64,000 bases of DNA, taken from positions 1-64,000 of the forward strand of contig JBOEGF010000044.1 of NCBI GenBank assembly GCA_050633305.1. Reading direction: 5' to 3'. Shown piece after piece: positions 37,666-47,263 of the stretch (position 1 is its first letter; every line of letters starts with the position of its first letter). Made by a program: the position numbers and the translations under genes. This DNA is from Nannocystales bacterium. Its GTDB lineage: Bacteria; Myxococcota_A; Polyangia; Nannocystales; Nannocystaceae. The notes beneath the pieces are model-generated. The model ran no database searches, was not told the origin of the DNA, and saw only the letters and a program-made list of their open reading frames with translations.

Positions 37666-39690
37666 ATGTCCCGAGCCCTCCGTTTCGAAGTGTGGCGTGA
37701 CGATCAGCTCGTCGACGTCACGACCCTGTCCCAAAACGTGATCAAGATTGGTCGCTTGCCCTCCTCGCATCTTCGAATCGATGACGAATCGATCGCTCGC
37801 ATGCACGCGGTCCTCGAAGTTCAAGGCGACCGGTTGCGCCTGGTGGACTTGGGAAGCTCGGTCGGCACCACGGTCAACGGAGAGCGGGTGCTCAAGAGCG
37901 CCGCGGTGCAAGTCGGCGATGCGATCTCGCTCGGACGCTACAGCGTGCGCTTGGCAGCGCCGACGCACGCCGTGCAGCGGCCCGCAGCGCTTCCCAGCGC
38001 CGCCTCTGTAGAGCGAGTCGATGCTCCCGACGTTGCCGAGGTCATGGCTGTCTACGGAGACACGGTGCTCGATGTCCAACATGTCGGGGACCGGACCAAC
38101 CGAAAACTCGCGTACGCAAGCTTGGCGTTGGGCGGGGCCCTGCTGCTCGGAGGCGCCGGATACGTCGCATCTCAGACGGTACTGCAAGCGGAAGCGTGGC
38201 AGACCTACGAGACGCAGAGTGCCGACGCTGCGACCGCCGGTCGGCCTGCGCCACAGACCCCTGGCTCGTCCTGGAGTGGGTTGGGCGTCGTGTTGAGTCT
38301 GGCTGGGTTGGTACCGCTGGGCTTCGGTCTGGTCCGACTCGGTGACCGCGACCGCTCGCGCTACACGATCGGAGAGGGCGACCAAACTTCGTTCGCCACG
38401 GCGGCGGCCTCCCTTCCGACCCCCGCTGACTTCCCGCTGGTCGCTGCGAACGAAGGCGGAGAGACCTGCGTTCAGTTTACGCCGGGGATGGAGGGCCATG
38501 TGACGGTCGAGGGCCAGCGCTACAGCCTGCAGGAGCTCGTCTCGTCGGGGCAGGCGACGGTTCAGGGGGCTGCGTTCGCCTTCCCGCTGCCGACCGGGGC
38601 TCGTTGTCGCATCCAACACGAGGACGTCACGTTTCACGTCAACGGTGTGAAACCGGGCCGCGTCGTCGCGGGACGAGGCCGTGCCGACAAGAACTTCTGG
38701 TTCTACAATGCGGCCTCGCTGATCGGCATCGGAACGCTGCTTGGGTTGGCTCAGCTCGCGATGCCCGACCAGACGGACTTCTCTCTGGAAGACACGCATT
38801 CGAGCAACCGATTCGTCGGCTACATTCAACAGCCGGACGTCGAGGAAGAGCCCGAAGAGCCCGACGAGCAGCCGCTCGACGATGGCAAGGCCAAGAGCGA
38901 CCCCGGGGATCCGGGCAAGAGAGCCCCGGGAAGCGAGGGCAAGATGGGCAAGCCCGACTCGAAGGTCTCCGCGCCCAAGCGATTCGCGCAGCGGGGGCCC
39001 AAGGATGCCGTGCGTCAGATGTCGCGGAGCTTCTCCCCCGATATCGAAGCGCGTCAGGCGGGAATCCTGGGCATGATCCAAAGCGATAGTGGCCACTTCC
39101 TCGCCAGCCCCAACGGAGGCAACTTCTCCGTCGGGAACGATGATGCCGACCTGTGGGGCAACATGACGGGCACCGAGATCGGAGAGTCCAGCGGCATGGC
39201 CGGGCTCGGACTCGCGGGAGCGGGTCGCGGAGGCGGTGGCAACGCGGATGGGTTGCTCGGGCTGGGCAACGTGGGCCTGATCGGGACGCGAGGTTCAGGG
39301 GGCGAGGGCACGGGATACACCCATGGCTCCGGAGCCGGGTTCAAAACCCGAAAGCGAGGCAAGCCTGGGGTCCGAGCGGCAAAGTCCACCGTCCGTGGGG
39401 CGCTCGACAAGGACATCGTCCGCCGCGTGGTACGGGCACACATCAACCAGGTCCGGCATTGCTACAACCAAGGCCTGGTTCGCGATCCCACCGCACGCGG
39501 AAAGGTCGCTGTTCAGTTCACGATCGGACAGACCGGAAAGGTCCCACTCGCCGTCGTTTCCGAGACGACCCTCAAAGACAAGGCCGTGGGCAACTGCATC
39601 GCCAAGGCGGTCCGAAGGTGGAAATTCCCCCGCCCAGACGGTGGTGGCAACGTGATGGTGACCTACCCGTTCGTCCTCAACCCCGGCTGA
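37666..39690 (+). CDS. FHA-domain AgmX/PglI (GltG-like) protein with TonB-C-like domain
   Basis: FHA IKIGRLPSSH..DLGSSVGTTVNG; TMs; Gly-rich linker; LDKDIVRRVVR..CY..C..RWKFPRP..VTYPF. Confidence 0.85.
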   Translation: MSRALRFEVWRDDQLVDVTTLSQNVIKIGRLPSSHLRIDDESIARMHAVLEVQGDRLRLVDLGSSVGTTVNGERVLKSAAVQVGDAISLGRYSVRLAAPTHAVQRPAALPSAASVERVDAPDVAEVMAVYGDTVLDVQHVGDRTNRKLAYASLALGGALLLGGAGYVASQTVLQAEAWQTYETQSADAATAGRPAPQTPGSSWSGLGVVLSLAGLVPLGFGLVRLGDRDRSRYTIGEGDQTSFATAAASLPTPADFPLVAANEGGETCVQFTPGMEGHVTVEGQRYSLQELVSSGQATVQGAAFAFPLPTGARCRIQHEDVTFHVNGVKPGRVVAGRGRADKNFWFYNAASLIGIGTLLGLAQLAMPDQTDFSLEDTHSSNRFVGYIQQPDVEEEPEEPDEQPLDDGKAKSDPGDPGKRAPGSEGKMGKPDSKVSAPKRFAQRGPKDAVRQMSRSFSPDIEARQAGILGMIQSDSGHFLASPNGGNFSVGNDDADLWGNMTGTEIGESSGMAGLGLAGAGRGGGGNADGLLGLGNVGLIGTRGSGGEGTGYTHGSGAGFKTRKRGKPGVRAAKSTVRGALDKDIVRRVVRAHINQVRHCYNQGLVRDPTARGKVAVQFTIGQTGKVPLAVVSETTLKDKAVGNCIAKAVRRWKFPRPDGGGNVMVTYPFVLNPG

Positions 39691-39781
39691 GCAGCGGCGC
39701 CGCCCAGAACCTTTCGGGCGGCGCGACGCACTAAGCGAGCGGAGGGCCCCGGGCTTCGACATCCATGAGGAAGTCGAAGCC

Positions 39782-41461
39782 GTGGGGCCGACGGTTCGCA
39801 TGTTGGGTCCGCGCTCGAGAGCATCGCTAGAAATCGTTGCCGTCTTCGAAGGGGTGGTCCTCGATGTCCGCCACCTCCGTGCAAGACAAGGCCACGCCGT
39901 CGCACAGATCCTCGGGATCGTCGGCGGCGTGTTTCTCGTTGTGGGCGTCGGCCTGTTTCTCTCCGAGACGTTGGGGCAGCGGTCGGCGTGGGCCGAATAT
40001 GAGCGCGCTGTCGCCCATGCCGCGTTGGGCGGCCAGGAGTTTCCGGGTGCACCTCCATCCTCCGGTGTCGGGCTCGCGCTGGGCCTCGGTTTGCTCGGCG
40101 TGGTCTCGCTCGCGGTGGCGTTCGTGTATGCGTCGGAGCCGGACCCCAGTCGGTACACGATTGGAGAAGGTCCGGACGCGGTGTTCGCGACGCCACCGGT
40201 CGATCTGATCGCGCCTGACGCATTCGAACTCGCGCGGCTGGGCCGAGGCGGAGCGGCTGGGCTTCGGTTCACCGCGGGGATGACCGGGCACATCAGGGTT
40301 GGGGGCCGGCAGTCCACGCTGCAGGAGTGGGTTCGAGAGGGTCGGACGCTGACCGAGCACGGCACCTTCGGAACCACGCTGCCCGCGGGCGCCCGCTGTC
40401 GAATCCAGCACGGACGAGTCGTGTTCCATCTCGCGGTGGTCGACGCACCGGTCGCCTCGGTCGGCCGTGTGGAGGTGGACACGCCGTTCTGGGCGACGTG
40501 CGGTGCGTCGTTCGTCGTGTTCGGTTCGTTGTTGCTGCTCGCCCAGATGGCGGCACCCGCATCCGCGCAACTCGACCTCGAGGATCACGCCCGAGGTCGC
40601 CGGTTCGTGGGCTACGTTCAGCAGCCTCCGGTGCTTCGCATGCCTTCGAGCGCACAGCCGTCGCCGCAGAAGACGGAGGCCGCTCCTCAGCTTGTGCCGA
40701 TGCGCCCCTCGGTGGATCCCATACCCGATGTCGGAGCTACGCCCGGTTCCGGTTCCGATTCCGATTCCGAGACCGGGTCGCATACTCTGCGGCGAACCGC
40801 CAACCCGCGCGGGAGGGAATCGACCGTCGCCGGGGCGCGCTCGATCTCGGCGGCCGCGGCCCTGATGACCCGAGGGTCCGGGCCTGCGGAGCGTGCCGCG
40901 AAAGCTGGGATTCTCGCCCACGTCGACACCAGCGTCTTCCACAACGAGTACACCGACGCGTTCTCGGCGGCGGCCGACGACAAGGACATGTGGCAGGCGA
41001 CGAAGGACCGCGACCCCGTGCTCGCACCGGTCGCGGGTCTCGGGCTGATCGGGAAAGGGCGCGGTGGTGGCCCCAGCGCGACGAAAGGGATGATCAGCTC
41101 CAAGCCCATGCCGGAAACGGAAGGAAGCCTCCCGGATCGGCTCATCGTCAAGATCGGGCGGGTGAGCGAGCGTGGCCCTCGAAGCGCGGCCGGGATACGA
41201 AAGGTCGTGGTCGAACACGTCGGCATGCTTCGTCGGTGTTATGACGCGGAGCGCCATGCTGGGTCTCGCGGTCGCGTGACGTTGGAGCTGGAAGTCGACG
41301 CCGCTGGTGACGTGGTGCACGCGAGCCCCAAACGACGCGGGTCGGCCGACCCCAAAGTCACCGATTGCCTCGTTCGGGCCGCCCGTCGCTGGTCATTCCC
41401 CGCCACGGACGAACAACGACGTTCGATCGCATCGGTCCCTGTCACGCTCGGTCCGGGCTGA
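39782..41461 (+). CDS. AgmX/PglI-like paralog lacking FHA
   Basis: Shares VLDV.H, SRYTIGEG, FT.GM.GH, LP.GARCRIQH and RFVGY.QQP with the upstream gene; TonB-C-like end. Confidence 0.78.
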   Translation: MGPTVRMLGPRSRASLEIVAVFEGVVLDVRHLRARQGHAVAQILGIVGGVFLVVGVGLFLSETLGQRSAWAEYERAVAHAALGGQEFPGAPPSSGVGLALGLGLLGVVSLAVAFVYASEPDPSRYTIGEGPDAVFATPPVDLIAPDAFELARLGRGGAAGLRFTAGMTGHIRVGGRQSTLQEWVREGRTLTEHGTFGTTLPAGARCRIQHGRVVFHLAVVDAPVASVGRVEVDTPFWATCGASFVVFGSLLLLAQMAAPASAQLDLEDHARGRRFVGYVQQPPVLRMPSSAQPSPQKTEAAPQLVPMRPSVDPIPDVGATPGSGSDSDSETGSHTLRRTANPRGRESTVAGARSISAAAALMTRGSGPAERAAKAGILAHVDTSVFHNEYTDAFSAAADDKDMWQATKDRDPVLAPVAGLGLIGKGRGGGPSATKGMISSKPMPETEGSLPDRLIVKIGRVSERGPRSAAGIRKVVVEHVGMLRRCYDAERHAGSRGRVTLELEVDAAGDVVHASPKRRGSADPKVTDCLVRAARRWSFPATDEQRRSIASVPVTLGPG

Positions 41462-41509
41462 CATCTGGCATCAGGGCGGCAGGGGGCGGCCGTGCGCGCG
41501 GCCGTCGGG

Positions 41510-42505
41510 CTATTCGGGGTAGCCCGGCGACTCGAGCAGGCGCTGACCGTGCGGGTTGTCGATGGCCATCAGCCACCTGCCGTCATCTTGGCGTTGGAGA
41601 ACCGCGACGGACAGACCGCTCTGTTCGATCGTGGTTCCGTCCGGTGCGGTGGCGGTCATGCTCCAGGGGTTGTTGTGAACCGCGAGGTCCCCCGCTACGT
41701 AGACCTCGTGGCCTGAGAACTCGAACGTCGGCTTGGCCTGGACCGACTGCTCAAACGCGGCTCGGATCGCGTCTGTGCCACGGGTCGCGATGCCCGGTTC
41801 AAAGAGAACGGTCGCCCTCGGAGCGTAAGTACTCATGACCCCGTCGACATCCCCCGCAGCGAACGAAGCGGTCATCGTGTCGATGGTCGCGAGGATCTCG
41901 CGTTCCACCTCCTCTGCATCCGATGTCTTCGGAGCATTGTCCGCGTCGTCGCTGCGGTCGAGTAGGAACTGACCGAATGGATTGTCGATGGCCATCAGCC
42001 AGTCTCCGTCGTCCTGCCGCCGCAGTACGGCCACGGAAAGCCCCTGGTCTGTCATCGTTGTGCCGCCCGGAGCGGTCGCAGTCATCGTCCACGGCGTAAG
42101 GTGGACGGCGATGTCGCCCGAGATGTAGACCTCGTGGCTGCTGAAGCGGAAGTTCGGCTTCGCAGCGGCGAACTCCTCAAACCCCGCACGGAGCTGCTCC
42201 CGAGTCATCGCAGGCGCGCCGGGCTGGAAAACCACAGTGGCGGGGTCTTCGTAGGTACCCATCACCGTATCGATGTCCCCGCGGTTGAACGCGGAGGTCA
42301 TCGTTTCTATCGTTTCGAGGATCTTTTGCTTGTCCTGTTGGGCTGCGGTGTCGTCCGTTGCATCGGCCGCTGTCGTGCCTGGGGTGGCAGTCTCGCCGTG
42401 GGGGTTCGTGCGGTCCGCGTCGCACGCGGTCAGTACAGCGGCGGCAGTCAGGAGCTGCCACATGGCGTTGGATTTGAACATCGCCCTTTGGACACGCGGG
42501 TCCAT
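41510..42505 (-). CDS. lipoprotein with two tandem SnoaL/NTF2-like (DUF4440) domains
   Basis: Duplicated IL.TI.TMT..F..GD...HEVY..GD.AVH..PW.MTATAP...GLSVAVL.RQDDG.WLMAIDNP. Confidence 0.85.
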   Translation of the reverse strand: MDPRVQRAMFKSNAMWQLLTAAAVLTACDADRTNPHGETATPGTTAADATDDTAAQQDKQKILETIETMTSAFNRGDIDTVMGTYEDPATVVFQPGAPAMTREQLRAGFEEFAAAKPNFRFSSHEVYISGDIAVHLTPWTMTATAPGGTTMTDQGLSVAVLRRQDDGDWLMAIDNPFGQFLLDRSDDADNAPKTSDAEEVEREILATIDTMTASFAAGDVDGVMSTYAPRATVLFEPGIATRGTDAIRAAFEQSVQAKPTFEFSGHEVYVAGDLAVHNNPWSMTATAPDGTTIEQSGLSVAVLQRQDDGRWLMAIDNPHGQRLLESPGYPE

Positions 42506-42542
42506 GTCGGCGTGACCGGGTTTATGCCACCCGGACGCATTC

Positions 42543-43283
42543 TCAACGCTTTACCGATGGCCGAGGCGGGCTCAACGCCTTCGCATCTGGGCAGACCCCG
42601 GAGAGTTCGATCGACCGAGGCGCAAACGTCTCTCCGGTCCGCGCTCGCGGAGTCCGAATGCGGTCCATTCGAAACTGACGCAGCGCGCTCCGCTTCTGAT
42701 CCCAAGCCAAAATGTACCAAAACGGAGCTCGGACGAGGAGCGCGTGTGGCTCGACGGTTCGGGCGGTATGGCGACCACGACGATCCTGGTAGCGAAACTC
42801 GAGGACCTCTCGCTGGGTGAAGGCCTGTTGGAAGGCGCCCAGGAGCGCCGTGTCCACGGAGTCCGGAGTGCCAAACTCATCGAGCGGCGCAGGTTCTCCG
42901 ACGAGGACCCGGCTCAACAGACGCCGGAGATCCCGCAGCCGCTCTGCCGGAAGGGCGCCTTCGATCTTCTCGAGTGCTCGGTCCGCTCGGTCGGAGAATG
43001 GAACCCAAGGCGTTGCTCGTAGCATGGCAACCGAAAGCACCAACGCGACGACTTCGTCTGCGGCCAGCTGGGTCGACAACAGGATCGTGTTCGGGTCCAT
43101 CTGGACTCCGCCGCCGCGACCACCATCACCCGAGATCGAGAAACCTCGGTCTCGCAGGACGGCCAAGTCGCGGAGGACGGTCCGGCGGGAGACGGCGAGT
43201 TCATCCGCAAGCTCCGCGACCGTTCGGCGAGCCGACCGTCGAAGCAATCGCACCAGCGCCTTACGTCTCGCGCTTGAATCCAC
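42543..43283 (-). CDS. HTH-WYL (YafY-like) transcriptional regulator
   Basis: LADELAVSRRTVLRDL, GRGGG, RTVEPH, WYILAW and FRMDRI. Confidence 0.92.
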   Translation of the reverse strand: MDSSARRKALVRLLRRSARRTVAELADELAVSRRTVLRDLAVLRDRGFSISGDGGRGGGVQMDPNTILLSTQLAADEVVALVLSVAMLRATPWVPFSDRADRALEKIEGALPAERLRDLRRLLSRVLVGEPAPLDEFGTPDSVDTALLGAFQQAFTQREVLEFRYQDRRGRHTARTVEPHALLVRAPFWYILAWDQKRSALRQFRMDRIRTPRARTGETFAPRSIELSGVCPDAKALSPPRPSVKR

Positions 43284-43303
43284 GATTCATCCTTGCTGGA
43301 TAC

Positions 43304-43322
43304 GGTGACACGTTTTGTCACC
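43304..43322. promoter_or_regulatory. palindrome GGTGACA-N5-TGTCACC, likely WYL regulator binding site
   Basis: Perfect 7-bp arms in the 71-bp divergent intergenic region. Confidence 0.68.
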
Positions 43323-43354
43323 CATTCGCACTACGTTCGTGTTCGGAACCCACC

Positions 43355-43852
43355 GTGACGACCTCGCTCACTCCCCAAGGCACAAACTCTATCGACATCC
43401 AGGCGGGAAGAACCGCCATCTGGACTCTACTCACCGAAGGCCGATGGCTCGTGGAATGGGCACCGATGGTGAACGCCACGAGCGGAGGCGATGAGAGCCT
43501 CGACGCGGTTCGTCATTGTCAGGTCGAACTCAACGGCAAGCCTGGCCAGGTCTCCGAGCGCTGCTTTGTGTTCGAACCGATGGACCGGATCGGGTGGCTG
43601 ATGGTCGACGAATCGTTCGGAATGGCGAAGATGTTCGACGGCATCGGATTCGACTTCGTTCTCGAGTCCCTTGGGCCAGGCACGACGCGGGTGCTGAACA
43701 CGAGCTTCTACGGTCCACGCAACATCTTCGGCTCGGTCATGAGCGCCCTGGTGATGAAACGGAGCTTCCAGAAGATCCGCACGCAAGTGCTCTCCAATCT
43801 GAAGCGGCTGGCCGAGGGCTCGGAGTCTCGAGAGGGTAGAGCGCAGGTCTGA
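43355..43852 (+). CDS. SRPBCC/START-like (polyketide cyclase) protein
   Basis: SIDIQA..AIWTLL..EWAP and C-terminal helix LSNLKRLAE; GTG start inferred. Confidence 0.8.
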   Translation: MTTSLTPQGTNSIDIQAGRTAIWTLLTEGRWLVEWAPMVNATSGGDESLDAVRHCQVELNGKPGQVSERCFVFEPMDRIGWLMVDESFGMAKMFDGIGFDFVLESLGPGTTRVLNTSFYGPRNIFGSVMSALVMKRSFQKIRTQVLSNLKRLAEGSESREGRAQV

Positions 43853-44242
43853 GCAGCTGCGGAGTCGCGATGCGGTCTGTAGATCGCCCAGACTCGCTCG
43901 GCATGGCGCTCGACGGTGCCAACGCCTCCACCGTGCGCTGAGCCGATTCGCCCCCATCGCACGTGCGACCGAATCGGCCGTCACGCATCCGGGGCGAGAC
44001 TCAAGGCTGCCCTCGCGAGGACCAAGCTCGCCAGCCCCAACGCGGCCGCAAGCCAGACCGCGGGCTCGCCCCGGCCCACGCCACGGGTCGCGAAGATGGT
44101 GTCGTGTCGGCGATGGATCCGTCTGAAGATCGTCATGCTGACAACCTAAGGACCACAGAGACTCATCGCTGCCATGGTGTCGGCGACCGGTCGTGAGCGA
44201 TGGCCCAGCGGTTCGTGGGCACGTTCCGCAGGTGCGGCGCGA

Positions 44243-44680
44243 CTACTCGGGCTGTGGGTTGAGGTCGGCGCGGTAGGGCCCGACCTTCTCGCGGAACTCG
44301 TCGGTCCACGGGACAGGCCGCTTGTTGTCGGGGTCGATGCGCACGATGACTCGCTCGCCCTTTGCGTAGTCGACGTCTTGGTCCAGCGGCATCACTCGGA
44401 ACCCGAACGTGAGACTAGACCGCCCGAGCTTGGAGACCCACACCCGAATACGGACGTCGCCCGTCCCTTCGACAGGCCGTTCGTACTCGAGGTGGTTGGC
44501 CCGCACCAGGTGGTACTGGTCGGGGTCGCTGTTGAAGTTCAGCGGTCCGCCCCACCCAAGGTGGCTCCAGAACGACCCGATCGCGTGCTCGAAGAGCAGC
44601 AGGTATCGAGCGTTGTGAAGGATTCCGAAAGCATCGAGGTCGTCAAAGTAGACCCCGTGGGTGCGCTCGTGAAAGCGCAT
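44243..44680 (-). CDS. acyl-CoA thioesterase (4HBT/YbgC hotdog fold)
   Basis: FDDLDAFGILHNARY, LGRSS and RPVPW. Confidence 0.9.
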   Translation of the reverse strand: MRFHERTHGVYFDDLDAFGILHNARYLLLFEHAIGSFWSHLGWGGPLNFNSDPDQYHLVRANHLEYERPVEGTGDVRIRVWVSKLGRSSLTFGFRVMPLDQDVDYAKGERVIVRIDPDNKRPVPWTDEFREKVGPYRADLNPQPE

Positions 44681-45405
44681 CAGTCGTTGCGGCGCCGGAC
44701 GAATCCGAGGGCGAAGAGGGCAGCGACAGCGGGAAGGCCAAGGTCGGTGCTGCCGATGCTGCAGCCTTTCTTGGTCTCCGGGGCGACCGGAGGCGGTCCT
44801 TCGGGCTCGACCGCATCACCCGAACCGTCGTCCGGTCCGGCAAGGGTGTCGAGTTCGTCCTGGGCGGCGGTGTCAGCCTCGTCGCTGCCGCCGTCATCCC
44901 CTTCCTCTTCGGCCGGGGGCTCGGTGTACTCGAGCGTCAGCTTGCCCGTGGCAAGGATGATGTCCGGGCGCCCCGCCTTGGTGTTGCCCTGCAGAACCTT
45001 GACCTTGTAGGTCTTGCCTTTGTTGAAGCCGAGGTTGCCTTCGAGCTCGATGTCGAGGGACACGAACTTCTCGCCTTCGTAGCTGGAGTGCTCGAAGCGG
45101 TACGTGACGTAGTCCTTGCCGCTGGGGAGCTTGCCCAGGAACTCGACGTACAGCGGACCGGGACCACCCTTGTCGATCTTGGCCCACAGGTTGAGGTTCC
45201 ACAGCTCCTCACCAGGCTCGCTCTTGAGGGTGTCGACCGCCGCGGACTTCCCTTCCGCGGTGATGTTCCCCTTGTCGTCGACCGCGAGCGCGTCCGCACC
45301 GAACTTGACCTCGCCGGCCCAAGCCGTCGCAGGGCTGAGTAGGGCGGCGCCAAGGAGCAGAGGGGAGATCCAACGGAGGGGAGCGGAAGTCGTTCGAGCG
45401 CGCAT
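44680..45405 (-). CDS. secreted protein with MYXO-CTERM tail
   Basis: Signal peptide AWA; acidic linker; KKGCSI...ALFALGFVRRR. Confidence 0.8.
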   Translation of the reverse strand: MRARTTSAPLRWISPLLLGAALLSPATAWAGEVKFGADALAVDDKGNITAEGKSAAVDTLKSEPGEELWNLNLWAKIDKGGPGPLYVEFLGKLPSGKDYVTYRFEHSSYEGEKFVSLDIELEGNLGFNKGKTYKVKVLQGNTKAGRPDIILATGKLTLEYTEPPAEEEGDDGGSDEADTAAQDELDTLAGPDDGSGDAVEPEGPPPVAPETKKGCSIGSTDLGLPAVAALFALGFVRRRND

Positions 45406-45523
45406 CTACGAGCCTTCTATACGAGAAAAGTAGCGTAGACCACATGCGCGGCAAATGCGTGCGGTGTTTCGCCCCGAAGGAGCGACGAGCGCGGGTGTAA
45501 ACTGTCGTCGTGGGGGTCGGGTG

Positions 45524-47263
45524 ATGCTGCGTAGAGCCGCTTGGGTGAGCGTATTCGGACTGGTCGCGTGCGGCACGGACTCGGGTCCGAGTGGCGCTCC
45601 CGACATGACGGCGACGTCGAGCGGGACGTCGGAGGGTGCTGTCGAGACCGAGTCGGGCGCCGAGTCCGGCGGGTCGACTGGTGACACGGAGGACACCGGT
45701 GAGCCGAGTGAGCCGTTCGTTCCTGGACAGCAGGTGCTGCCGAGGTTGACCCAGCGGCAGTACCGTAACGCGGTCGGTGACCTGTTCGGCGCGCCGCTTC
45801 CGGACGTCGAACTCGAGCCTGACACCAATCCCTACCTTTTCACCTCGATCGGGGCGACGTCGACTTCGCTGTCCGAGCTGGGGACGCAGCAATACGAAGA
45901 GGCCGCCGACGCGCTGACCTCTGCGGTGTGGGGGGACGCTGCGCGACGGGATGCGCTGGTCGGCTGCACCCCCGCCTCGGCCGACGACGCCTGCGCGCAG
46001 GGGTTCTTGGGGGACTTTGGACGTCGGGCGTTTCGGCGCCCGCTGTCCGCAGACGAGCTCGCGCGCTGGACTGCGGTGGCGGTCGAGCTTTCCAGCGGAG
46101 GTTCGGGCCCCGAGGTCGCGGATGCGAACCGGGGCCTGCGGCTGGCCGTCGCGGGAATGCTCCAGTCCCCGTACTTCCTGTATCGGGTGGAGCTGGGCGA
46201 GGAGGACCCGGACGATCCCTCTCGTCTGCGGTTCACCGGGTACGAGCTCGCATCAAGACTCTCGTTCTTGCTCTGGGAGTCGATCCCGGACGATGAACTC
46301 ATGGCTGCGGCCGAGGACGGCGCGCTGTTGGACGCCGATGGGCTCGAACAGCAGGCCCGCCGCATGATGGCCGACCCTCGCACCAGGCTCTCCGTCCAAG
46401 CGTTCTTCGGGCAGTACTTCGACCTCTCGCGACTCGACGGTGTCAGCCGTGACCCCACGCTGTACCCGGACTTCAGCCCCACCATGGCGAAGTCGATGCG
46501 CACCGAGGTCGAGCTGTTGGTCGAGGACCTGGTCTATCGTCAGGACGCGGATATTCGGCAGCTGTTCAGCACGCGTCGCACCTTCGTGAACACAGAGCTC
46601 GCGGAACTCTACGGCATCACACCGCCGCAGGGAGCATCGGAGATCTCGTTCGCTCCCGCCGACCTGCCCGCGGATGGTCCCCGCGCAGGCATGCTGACGC
46701 TCGGGGCGTTCCTCGCCATGAATGCCCACGAGACGGAGACTTCGCCCACGCTGCGAGGGAAGTACCTGCGCGAGCGCGTGCTGTGCATGGAGGTCCCCGC
46801 GCCTCCGGACGACACAGATACCAACGTGCCCGACCCCTCGGAGGGCGGGACCCTGCGCGAGCGCCTGGAGCAGCACCGGTCCGACCCGGCTTGTGCGGCC
46901 TGCCATGCCTTCATCGACCCGCCCGGCTTCCTGTTCGAGAACTTCGACAGCGCAGGGGTGTTGCGGGCGACGGACAACGGACACCCGGTCGACACCACAG
47001 GCGAACTCGATGGCGTTCCGCTCGCAGACGCGAGCGAGCTCGCCGATGTGCTGGCGCAGAACCCGTTCGTGGGGCCCTGCGTCGTCAAGCAGCTGTTCCG
47101 CCACACCAATGGGCGGCTCGAGACCGACGGTGAGCAGCCCGCCCTGGACGACCTCTCCGCCCGGTTCTCGGACCGAGGCCATCGCTTCTCAGAGTTGCTC
47201 GTGCAGCTCGTCCGGCACGAAAGCTTTCGCTACGTGACTCTGCAAACGGAGGAAGGCTCATGA
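45524..47263 (+). CDS. DUF1592/DUF1588/DUF1595-type multidomain lipoprotein
   Basis: RLT..QY.N.V.DL, GRRAFRRPL, LQSPYFLYR, ELASRLSFLLW, SPTLRG and RERLEQH..CAACH. Confidence 0.88.
   Translation: MLRRAAWVSVFGLVACGTDSGPSGAPDMTATSSGTSEGAVETESGAESGGSTGDTEDTGEPSEPFVPGQQVLPRLTQRQYRNAVGDLFGAPLPDVELEPDTNPYLFTSIGATSTSLSELGTQQYEEAADALTSAVWGDAARRDALVGCTPASADDACAQGFLGDFGRRAFRRPLSADELARWTAVAVELSSGGSGPEVADANRGLRLAVAGMLQSPYFLYRVELGEEDPDDPSRLRFTGYELASRLSFLLWESIPDDELMAAAEDGALLDADGLEQQARRMMADPRTRLSVQAFFGQYFDLSRLDGVSRDPTLYPDFSPTMAKSMRTEVELLVEDLVYRQDADIRQLFSTRRTFVNTELAELYGITPPQGASEISFAPADLPADGPRAGMLTLGAFLAMNAHETETSPTLRGKYLRERVLCMEVPAPPDDTDTNVPDPSEGGTLRERLEQHRSDPACAACHAFIDPPGFLFENFDSAGVLRATDNGHPVDTTGELDGVPLADASELADVLAQNPFVGPCVVKQLFRHTNGRLETDGEQPALDDLSARFSDRGHRFSELLVQLVRHESFRYVTLQTEEGS

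Noticed and set aside
43981..44136. Possible 51-aa membrane peptide on the minus strand (MTIFRRIHRR...)
   Set aside because: Short, no recognisable family and weak start context; cannot be supported
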